From the NCBI GenBank assembly GCA_048013815.1, contig CM106585.1:18662001-18726000 (forward strand): DNA of 64,000 nucleotides, in the 5' to 3' direction. The notes beneath the pieces are model-generated. The model did not search any database and was not told the origin of the DNA. It saw nothing but the letters and a program-made list of their open reading frames with translations. The position numbers were made by a program, and so were the translations under genes. Shown in pieces: positions 23,000 through 33,077 of the stretch. The DNA is from Setoptus koraiensis. Taxonomy: Eukaryota > Animalia > Arthropoda. The stretch's first letter is position 1. Each line of letters starts with the position of its first letter.

Positions 23000-24286
23000 C
23001 TAAAGTTCGTCCTTGCTGCTTGGCTTCTTGTCATCGGCATCAAGATCATCTTCATCGGCCAATTTGTCGGCCTCCTTGTCAGCGGCTTCTTTGTCCGCGA
23101 CTTCTTTGTCGAGACTTTCATCATCATCGGAATCTGCCTTAGCAGCTTCAGCTTCCTTCTCTTTCTTTCGCTCCTCTTCGTCCAATTCCTTCTTCATCTT
23201 CTTTTCACCTTCGATAGTTTGTTTTAGAATGACGTCAGCTGCGGCATCGGCCTCTTTTTCATCATCAGTAATGAGAATATTATCAAAGATGGTACCCGAT
23301 TTGACTTGCCATACATCAATTCCTACTGCACAGATTTCTTTTTGATGGTATAATTTATCATCTGGAACGTATTCAGGATTATCGATTTCAGGATGTACCC
23401 ATAAGCCTTTGTAAGCTGGATTGTCGATTTGTCTTGGTTTCCATTCGCCTTTGAAAGCTGGATTGGTAATTTGAGCTGGTTCCCAATCACCATCAACCTC
23501 GTCATCCCAATCATCTGGCTTGGTGGCATCTGGGTCTGGTATAAATTCTGGCACGTCCCAATCTTCTGGTTTTTTATCTTCGGGATCATCGATTTTCTCT
23601 TTGTCATCCCAATCACTAGGCTTTTTGGCTTCAGGGTCCTTGATTTTTCTCGCTGGTAAAAAGTCCCAGTCTTTCTCAAGTTCGCCTTTTTCAAGCACCT
23701 CACCATCTATATATACTTTGTATGTATTGTCAGGTTTGACATGTAATCTGTAGACATGAGTAAACTCATCATCTTTACATCTGATCTCTTTGTTGATGAG
23801 CAAATTTTTGCCCTTATAATTAAATATAACATGCACCCGTTTGGTTGCTGGCCCGCAAATGTCGGGACCGAACATAATCTTATACTCTGAGTCGCCGTGC
23901 ATTTGTTCTTGATCTAGATTACATTCAAACAATTTGAGATAGCCACCACCACAGTCAATGTTTTGTTCGTGTTTGACTGTGAATTGCAAAATTAAGTCCT
24001 TGCCATCGTTGTCGAATTTTGACTCTTCGAATTTTCTAGAAATAGCATAAAATCTGGCGTCCTCTGATGTTTTAATACCTTGATCACGTTCTTTGTCACC
24101 ATAAAACTTACCAGGAGTTAGCTCGAACTTGCCATACTCCTTGCCAGAATGTTTAGAATAAACCCATTTGGAGTCCCAGTCGGAATCAGTGAAATCTTCT
24201 TTGAAGTATACGGTGGCATTGAATGGCTTGGCCAATAGAGCTGCTAAAATAAATAGTGTGACAGCTAGGGTATTACATAGGAACAT
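23000..24286 (-). CDS. CALR: Calreticulin, ~428 aa (alternative upstream ATGs to 24322), intronless CDS
   Basis: Signal peptide, VYFKEDF, KHEQNIDCGGGYLKLF, IMFGPDICG, P-domain repeats (DPEAKKPSDWD, GDWEPAQI.NP.FKG.W), acidic tail and KDEL. Confidence 0.98.
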   Translation of the reverse strand: MFLCNTLAVTLFILAALLAKPFNATVYFKEDFTDSDWDSKWVYSKHSGKEYGKFELTPGKFYGDKERDQGIKTSEDARFYAISRKFEESKFDNDGKDLILQFTVKHEQNIDCGGGYLKLFECNLDQEQMHGDSEYKIMFGPDICGPATKRVHVIFNYKGKNLLINKEIRCKDDEFTHVYRLHVKPDNTYKVYIDGEVLEKGELEKDWDFLPARKIKDPEAKKPSDWDDKEKIDDPEDKKPEDWDVPEFIPDPDATKPDDWDDEVDGDWEPAQITNPAFKGEWKPRQIDNPAYKGLWVHPEIDNPEYVPDDKLYHQKEICAVGIDVWQVKSGTIFDNILITDDEKEADAAADVILKQTIEGEKKMKKELDEEERKKEKEAEAAKADSDDDESLDKEVADKEAADKEADKLADEDDLDADDKKPSSKDEL

Positions 24287-24861
24287 GATAGCCCCAGAGG
24301 ATTTGATGGTTGACATGAACATTGTTGAGATATTTAGACTTTCGGATTAGACTGTCAAGATGAAATATTGAAACTATTGTATGACAATATATCTGTGATA
24401 AATGGTTCTTCTTGATGGAACGTTCAACAACTGCTTGTTTTATTGTGTGTGTGTGTGTGTCGTGTGTGTGCACTTTGAGCCATGTCAGCCCAACGATAGT
24501 GATAGTGATTGGTGAATTTGATGATTCACCTTTATGCTGTGTGTTATTTAATGTTGGATGTGAATGACCGAGTTTTCCGGTTTCAACGAACGCGCGCGAT
24601 TCAAACCATAAAATCAAACTAGTGATGGGGAAAACAGGGGGAAACGGAAGAATTCTCCCCGGCAGAGATCTCCCGCTTTCTCCCACACTCCCGGTGGTGC
24701 TCCCATTCTCCCCCAACACTAACACATTGTGCGAATCACACACATGTGTTTAATTAATTGGGGTGCGAATGTGTTTTAAATGTGTTGCACATTACATAAT
24801 AACCTCTGGAATAATCATTAAATACCATATTATTAGCTCCACTTCTTTCGCCCAACTAAAA

Positions 24862-25218
24862 ATGAGAGGATTTCACCTGCCACTGCCCAAAGGCTACTCC
24901 CTGAGAATGGTAAAGATCGGATGTCCAAACAGACCGTTTTATCTGATTGGAGCCATGCCCAAAAAGCGCCACATCAGCTACAAACGAGTCGAGAATCGAC
25001 CGGACGAAATCATTGGCTGCGTAGACACGTTGCCAAACGAACTTGGCGAACACATTATCGCCTGCGATCTCGAAAGACTCTCCTACTATCTGGGCAAAGG
25101 AGCCAGACCCAGCAAGGTGCTAGCTAAATATCTAGGTCTGGCAGGAATTATGCCGCATCACCCCAAGACGCTCATTAATGCCTGGCGAGTCAGGGCAGGA
25201 CTAGAAATTAGACAGTGA
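24862..25218 (+). CDS. MRPS16: 28S ribosomal protein S16, mitochondrial, 118 aa
   Basis: LRMVKIGCPNRPFYLI...EIIGCVDTLPNELGEHIIACDLERLSYYLGKGARPSK...LGLAGIMPHHP matches the bS16m pattern. Confidence 0.92.
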   Translation: MRGFHLPLPKGYSLRMVKIGCPNRPFYLIGAMPKKRHISYKRVENRPDEIIGCVDTLPNELGEHIIACDLERLSYYLGKGARPSKVLAKYLGLAGIMPHHPKTLINAWRVRAGLEIRQ

Positions 25219-25281
25219 TAGCTTCAATTTATATTCTATGTCTGTTATTTATTATCTTAATAATAATCATTATAATTTCTG

Positions 25282-26794
25282 TCACATAGAGAATTTCATA
25301 CTTGTCAGACCAGAAACATAGGGCAAGTCCTGTATGATGGCGCCCAGTGCGGATTTCTCACTGCTGAGACGCCTATTGGGGTTCGTCTGAATTTGATGCT
25401 CACCTGTTCTCAGACGACGATTTATAATCATTTCTTTGCTTGCCGATCTACGATCATGCACCAGTCCAATAGCGGCCATCGCATCAATGAAGGTTGTCGT
25501 TATATTGAAATATTTGCCAAATTCACTTGTCGAGTAGTCAAATGGGAAAGTGTGATGATAATTATGGAAGCCCTCGCCTAAACCATTTGCTATCACGAAA
25601 GGACTTTCGCGTGCCTCTATGCGCTCGTCATAGGGTCTGTCGCCATGATAATGGGCCGCCGAATTTACCAACCAGGTACCGTGCAAGGTAATTGTGTATC
25701 TCAACATAAACGCCAATACAAACGCGGTCCAAAATTGCTCTTGCCACATCAAAACAGGTATCATTGATGGAACTAGCACTGTAAATAGGGTGGCCATCCA
25801 CCAGAAGTGTTTGTGTTGGAAAGCAACGACGGGATTGGCCTCCAGATCGGACATATCAATCAACTGTCCCCTCCTGGTGACCTCGGGATGTTTCTTGCAG
25901 CACAACCAGCCCATGTGCGCGAAGAAGAAGCCCCGTTTGATGTTGTGCGGATCGGCGTTTGTTTCGGCAAACTTGTGATGCACCCTGTGGTCCCTAGACC
26001 AAGTATAGGCGCTGTTCTGCTCGTTAGAATATTCCAATGGATGTTGAGCACATCCCGTTAAGAGAAATGCAAGCCCAAATAGATGGATGAATGAAATTGC
26101 GTCAATTGTCGTTCTGGTGTGGATGAAATGAAAGTCTGACAAGTCTGTTAGAAGCAATCACTCACCTGTCCGGCGCACGTTTGCAAAATTATCAACAGTA
26201 TTTGCACAGGTAAACTGGCCTTGTAGGATTTGTGAGACCAAAGTCTGTGGGTACCACCGGTTACACCCAAGCCGCTCAGATAGATGAGTAGAGTGGCTAA
26301 GTTAATTTGTTGTGGCGACAAATAAAGGTAGAGTTAGTTGTGTGCCATCAATTAGGCCCTTGATCAAGTAAATTATAATACTGTTGTATGTCATACTCAC
26401 AAAAGGCGACTGTCTTCCAAGGACGCTGCGTCCATATCATGTACGCTCCGATCGGTATACATGTGTGCAAAAAGACGAATAAGATAATGTTAGTCCAAAC
26501 TAGCTGGGCCTTGAAGTCCTTATCTACTTCTTCTTGGCTAGCTTCAGAGGTGTTGATGATGTCATCATCGGTAATAAGAGCCTTCTTCTGTTGTTTTTGC
26601 TGATTTTTAGAGCCATTGGCTGAGTGATTGGATTTTTTTGCCACGTCTGTTGGCAATTCTTCATTAGAGTCGAATGATGACTTGCTCTTGTTATTAATGC
26701 TGTTGCTTTTCTGATTCACTGGCTTCAATAGTGTGGCCGTGTTGCTGGAAATCAACGGAGTTGAGGATATAGTGGTGGTCAATGTCACAGACAT
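25282..26794 (-). CDS. SCD: Acyl-CoA delta-9 desaturase paralog A, 419 aa; exons 26794-26401, 26296-26166, 26016-25282
   Basis: His boxes HRLWSH, DHRVHH and FHNYHH; WTNIILF..LH TM1; ADPHNIKRGFFFAHMGWL; GEGFHNYHHTFPFDYSTSE. Exons sum to 1260 nt. Confidence 0.96.
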
Positions 26795-27520
26795 GTTTAC
26801 GAAATTATTGATTTAATTTCACTACCGTTGCTTGCAGATTCTATGAGGTCGATTTAGTCAACTAACAACTAGTTAGTTTAAAATGTTTAAATTAAATGAG
26901 AACTTTCGAATTAGATTCAGTTGGGTGACTGTTGGCTCGAAAGTTCCAGAGTGATTGTCAGAACGTGCTGCCGTTGTATTTATATCGCAGTACTTGGGTA
27001 CCTAGCGACCACCGCTTTAACTACTATTGTCTGTCGTTGCTGGCTAGATGGGCGTTATCTGCACTCAATCAGTGTACCTTGGCTTCGCTTTAATAAAAAC
27101 TTTCCACCCCCACAACATTACAAGACAAACAGACAATATTGCTCAAGTCATTGTTTTGCGTTTTGCCGGGATAGCTATTGTCAAGATGTAGGTGGCGACT
27201 GGTGGCCTGTCAAAGTTGTTTGTGGCAGAGAACAGTGCACATAATTGCTATGGGCATTAGATTTCTGTCACTGGCAAATTTACGTCGGATAACCATTGGT
27301 TGTTAACCAAAGTCCGATCGAGAGAAGACAATCTCAATCAGCTTGCCGGTGTTGCGTTCGTTGATTGTCAACTCTCGCTCATGTGAGTCAAATTCAAATT
27401 CGTTTTCTTTTTCACTCTTCTTACTGATGCCAAAGAGTGGAAATCCACGACGAGCAGATCAATGACAGCAACAGGTGAATTTAATTCACCTCAAATGATG
27501 AAAACAAACACACACACAAT

Positions 27521-27660
27521 AATAATCAGATCCATAATGACTCGCGCGCGCAATTAATTGTTGGGTTCATAATAATTAGATAATTGACTTGCGCGCAATT
27601 AGTATTTAGGTTTAAAATAATTAGATAATTGACTCGCGCGCGATTAGTTGTTTAGTTGGT
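27521..27660. repeat. Degenerate ~45-bp tandem repeat x3 (core AATAATTAGATAATTGACTYGCGCGC)
   Basis: Units at 27521-27570, 27571-27615 and 27616-27660, upstream of desaturase A. Confidence 0.8.
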
Positions 27661-30259
27661 CCAAGAGATGGAGATCTATGCTGGATTGTATCTCTCTGAC
27701 AACTTGTGAGCTATCTTCACAATGGTGATGAGGTAACAGCGGCTCATCGCTACGGAGCGATGGGCAGCGCTAAATGACTCATTGACAGATGTGCGATAAT
27801 AGGCGACAATTATCAACACCGACAGCAACAGGTTTATCACGTGTCCCCATTGTAATGAATCATTACAAACAGTAATAGCAGCAGCAGCAGCATAGGAGGT
27901 GTCACACTTGTTTAAACAGAGAAGACGCAAACAAACAGAGAAAAATAACCTTAGAGCAATTTTTAAAATATTGCCTCATGATGAGTTGCTGTTGGTGGCA
28001 TCTCTCTATGGCAATAAGTAATATTAACTACTACGTTCTCGTTGGCATCACCAAGCTAACATAACCAAAATAGCACCGAGTTAAAAAGGAAGTTGCAATA
28101 GATAAATGCATCTAGTCAATAGGTGCAAGTTGGTGGCTTCATTTAGCATTTATGAGCATCACGCGTGAAAACTGGAACTATTATGCCCTTGCACCAAACG
28201 TAAATAGAAGAAAACACAAATATTCTTATGCGGCGCTCAGCTTAGCGTAGCCTTGATTATCTCGAGTTTTTGATGACGCAACACCCACAACAACACTGAC
28301 ATTCACACTATTGGCTAATTGCATTTTTTCTTTCTTTCTTTCTTTCTTTCTTCTTGTGTTTGTTTTCAATTTTATCGCTCGAGTGGGCCAACCGTTGCTA
28401 GGACAACAACATCCTGTTTTGTGTTGATGCCTCGACATAGTCGGCGCAGTTTGGCCAACAGCACACATATTGTTATTTGAGTACATTCGTATCATATGTA
28501 TCGTATCATGAGAAAAATGAGATTCAGCTTCGTGCTAGGGCCATGTTCTGTTGGCGAGCTATCTCGTGCCAGCCGACCATTGGAGCCTCTCGTGATCGTC
28601 GACGCGATGACGATGACAACGATGACTCTGGTGGCATGCCTAAAACGCTGACAGTTTGTCCGACCTAACGTTACGATGATGATCAGTCAGGTGAGTGTTT
28701 AATTGGCTTGCCTGTCGATCATTTCTCGTCTTCTTCTTGTGAGCAAGCAAGACACAACAAACAACAAAACTCTCACCCACGTACAATTAGCGTCACACTA
28801 AATCTGTCTCTCCATATCTTGTCTTGTTAACTGCTGCTGCTCAACTTGGCATCGTTGCACTGCCACCTAACACTTATTTTCTAACGCTGCAGATCTAGTA
28901 ACAATAACTATTTAATTTAATTTGCCGAGTCGGCTTGTTTTTTCGCGCCATTCTTCGGGCGGCTAACTTGGCCACTAAGTGCACTCTTTCTGTAATTAAA
29001 ATGTTGTTATTGTGTGTCGCTGACAAGCCAGAGAATGATTGAAACAATAATGGACAGAGGCAAAGACAATGACTTTGTCAGCCAGCGACAGATGTAAGCA
29101 GTTTGTGTCGGGCGCTCGGATGTGCGATTATCAACAACAGATCCGCCGATCTGTTGTTGATTTGTTCGCTCAGAGGATCGTCACAATGAAACAATTAATT
29201 AACTCGTCGAGCTATGTTTTTGGTGAGTTCGCCGTGATAATTGGCACGCGTTTGTCAATCAGCATATTTAGCTATTGTTTGAGATATCTCGCCAGCGATA
29301 ACTTAAACCTCACCGGACCTTACCTCATATCCTCATGTGATGCTATTGTTTTTCACGTGGGTTTCTGTCGTCTGTTTGTCACAGTTGTTTTGCTGTTGCT
29401 GCTTTTGACGTCACTTTTGGTTGTTGTTGTTATTGCAATGTTATTAATCATGTGATACAACACTTGACTATCATTCGCAGTTTGGGTCGCGCTATTGTTG
29501 ACTTGTTGAACCTCACTAGAGAAACCTAACCAGAGATAGTGACAGAGCGAGAGAATTAGTAGTCACACACACACACACACACATAAACTTGCACACGCAA
29601 ACAAGATTGATGGTGACAATTGTTACGTAATAATGATGATAATGTCGCACCTATTGTCAACGAACTGGCCTCTGTCTTGGCTGGGCAACCTATGAACAAT
29701 GCAGTTCACGAAGGCAAGCCACTGTTCAGGTTGTAAGAGGATATATGTGGCCGAATTGTAGAATTGTCCGGTTGTTGTACTGCTGATGACAATGGACAAT
29801 CAATATGATTTCGAATGATTATGTACACAGTGCTTTTACTGTCGGGTGGCTTCTTGTTAACAGGCCGTCGTTGATTAGTCGAAATGAGCGGCGCTATATC
29901 GTTATGACGAATGAAATATAATGGCGAAATACAATAATGAAACGAAATAAAACGAAATGAAATAATAACAACAACAATGATTGCAAATGTGTTAAATCTG
30001 TCTTGCCTTGGCGAGTGTGCATTTCGGATCCGACAGACGGAAAGGAAGGCGAACGCTAGATTACGACAACAGGTGAGTCAGCCATTATTATTATATGACT
30101 GGCGAATTGGCAAGAGAATGAAATAGCATGAGGGAAAGATCGAGAGAGAGAGCATGAAAGGCATAGAAGGTAGAAAAATTGAGAGAAAAATAGCTAAGTG
30201 GCTAAATAACTGAATGGCAAATGACGAATGGCGATTAATGTAGGTGGGGTGGTCTTGAC

Positions 30260-30312
30260 AAATTTAGAGACTTTTCTCTCTTACTCTCTCTCTCTAAAAA
30301 GTCTCTAAATTT
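30260..30312. repeat. Perfect 16-bp inverted repeat with 21-nt CT-rich spacer
   Basis: AAATTTAGAGACTTTT (30260-30275) and AAAAGTCTCTAAATTT (30297-30312). Confidence 0.85.
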
Positions 30313-31016
30313 TCAAACTATTGCCATTGTGATTAACTAACACAACACCGACAACAGGACGGCCGCATCAGCTCGGTGGCACTTGATATTTGAGTCCATG
30401 CCACTTGTTCAATTGTTTGTACCGCCTCAGCAAACACACAACAACAACGCCAAATAGCGACCGACAACCACTTGTGGCGGTTGTTGTTGTTGTTGTTGTC
30501 GTTGTTGTTGCATGCTGTCGGCTTCCAAGGAGCTGCAGTTCGACGAGATCAGCGAAACGAAAATTTTTCAATCTCTCTCTTTCTCTCGCTTGCTCTCTCT
30601 GTTTTCCTTGATTTCGTCTACACTTTCGTCGAAAACCACTAACGAAGGAACCACAACAGCCCACAGGCTACTTCACTTAGCGATGGCGATGATATTCCGA
30701 GCTGAGGGGACATAAGTTTGCACGCTGACTGTAAATGCACCTTGCCGGCCGTTTCCGAGTTGGCGAACCTGCCAGACAGTGAGCAGGGGCAAAACATAAA
30801 CAAACACACACTGCTCACGACGCCTATCCGATAATCCATTATTATCATAGGAATCACCGAATCACGGAATTTTCACTAAACGAATGAGTCAACAGACTTG
30901 TCATGAGTTTCGGTGCGAGGCTGCATTTTATTTAAGGATACAGTTTAGCCACTAATGTGCTGATAAATTGACCCCGAAGCATATCAATTCTCGTCGTCTT
31001 GTGTATGTGCGCTGTG

Positions 31017-32558
31017 TCACATGGAGAATTTCATACTTGTCAGACCGGAAACATAGGGCAGGTCTTGTATGATGGCGCCCAGTGCGGACTTTTCGCTGTT
31101 GTGATGCCTAGTGAGGTTCGTTTGCAATTGTTGGTCCGGCGCTTGTTGTTCCGGTTCGCCTGTCCTCAGACGACGCTTTCCAATCAGTTCTTTGCTGGCC
31201 GATCTGCGATCGTGCACCAGACCAATGGCGGCCATTGCGTCTATGAAGGCTGTTGTGACATTGAAAAATACACCAAATTCACTGGTCGAGTAATCGTATG
31301 GAAATGTGTGATGATAATTGTGGAAGCCCTCGCCGAAACCCAAAGCTATGACGAGCGGGCTCTCGCGTGCCTCAATGCGCTCGTCGTAGGGCCTGTTGCC
31401 GTGATAGTGGGCAGCCGAATTGACCAACCAAGTGCCGTGCAATGTGAACGTGTATCGCACCATGAACGAAAACAAAAACGATGTCCAAAATCGTTCTTGC
31501 CACAACAGCATGGGTATCACGGTTGGCACTACAACCGTGAACAGAATTGCCATCCACCAAAAGTGTTTGTGTTGAAAAGCGACCACGGGATTGTTGGCCA
31601 AATCGGACATGTCTATCAGCTTGCCCTTTCTGGCCACATCCGGATGTTTTCTGTAACACAACCAGCCCATGTGCGCGAAGAAGAAGCCCCGTTTGATGTT
31701 GTGCGGATCGGCGTTTGTTTCGGCAAACTTGTGATGCACCCTGTGGTCCCTAGACCAAGTATAGGCACTGTTCTGCTCTTGCAAACATTTCATTTCGACA
31801 GATACACCAGCCAGGTACAGCAAATGCAGTGAAAATTCATGAATGAGATGTATGGGTAGCAAATAAAAAGCAAAGAGCGAGTGAAACTCATGAAATTGCA
31901 ACAGCGTATCGAGGTGTTTTCAAACAGATCACACTCATCGACGACCACTTACCTGTCCGGCGCAAGTTTGCAAAATAATCAACAGTATTTGCACAGGTAA
32001 ACTGGCCTTGTATGATTTGTGTGACCATAATCTGTGGGTGCCGCCTGTCACTCCGAGGCCGCTCACGTACATCATGATAATGGCTGCGTTTATGTTTGGA
32101 TATTTGAGTGTTAGTAGTGTCAACAATGACCAGTTGTTCATTTGAATGTGACCTAGATTAGATTGTTACAGCATGTTTTCAAATACAAAATCAAAACATT
32201 ACTCACAGTAGGCCAGAGTCTTCCAGGGGCGCTGTGTCCAAATTACGTAGAAGGCCAATGGTACGCATGTGTGTAATATGATGAATAGTATAATGTTTCG
32301 CCAAACTATCTCGGGCTTAAAATCTTTGTCTAAATCTTCGCTATTGGCCCCAACGGAGTCGATTGCTTCGTAATCGTCGCCAATTGGGGCCTTTCGCTTT
32401 GTAATGCCATTCTGGTCTGACTGGCTCAATGTTAGTGCTGTCGCTTCTGAATCTGATGATGATCTTTTGCTATCTGATTGCTGATTAACTGGCTTCAATA
32501 ACTTGGCCCTGGTAGTGGGCAGTGATGCCGATATGGTTGTGGTAAGTGTCACAGACAT
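31017..32558 (-). CDS. SCD: Acyl-CoA delta-9 desaturase paralog B, 412 aa; exons 32558-32207, 32083-31953, 31772-31017
   Basis: Same three His boxes and the same intron positions and phases as paralog A; EIVWRNIILFIILH. Exons sum to 1239 nt. Confidence 0.96.
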
Positions 32559-32763
32559 GATGATGATTAGATTGATTGTGTTGCTGATACAAACTTATAA
32601 TGTGATTAGTTGGTGTGGATGATGTAATTATAACAAAAGATCCAACGATATACTAAGGTGAGCGGCGATATATATATAGATATGGATGTGGATATGGATA
32701 CACGTACAAGTATGTCACCCGTTTTCACTCCTATTGCCTTGTGTGTGTGTGTGTGTGTGTAGT

Positions 32764-33077
32764 CGACTAAGGCGCTAACTAACCAATGACGATCGCACTC
32801 AAAACGAGTCAAAAGTCTCTCTAATTCTAATGATATTCTCCGAGAAGATGTTATTTACTCACTGGCGACCTCATTATTGTCTTAGGATGTATGCATGTGC
32901 ACAAGTTGTTGTTGTTGTTGCTGATGATGCTGCTGCTGCTGCTGTAGTAGTCGATATCTCACCATTGTTGGTGGTGGTGGTGGTGCCATCAATTGCAAAT
33001 AACTTCAAACAACAGATATCTGTAGTTACGCATATCGTTATGAAATGAGCATCAACAGCATAACAAGATTGTCGCAA
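32764..33077 (-). repeat. Dispersed direct repeat, copy 1 (putative desaturase B 5' leader exon plus intron start)
   Basis: The 94-bp core 32984-33077 is 87/94 identical to 43649-43742, with a 41-nt identical run. Similarity continues with microsatellite indels to ~32764. Confidence 0.9.

Noticed and set aside
32781-32821. Run of 7 C:G-to-T:A differences between the two repeat copies (RIP- or deamination-like)
   Set aside because: It is confined to ~40 bp, substitutions elsewhere in the repeat are mixed, and the polarity is unknown.
32882-32989. Conserved uORF MA...VRYRL-polyQ in both repeat copies with apparent synonymous-only changes
   Set aside because: The stops differ between copies, the 'synonymous' changes coincide with a GTRAG donor motif, the indels are trinucleotide microsatellite, and neither donor joins in frame to desaturase B or NUP188.
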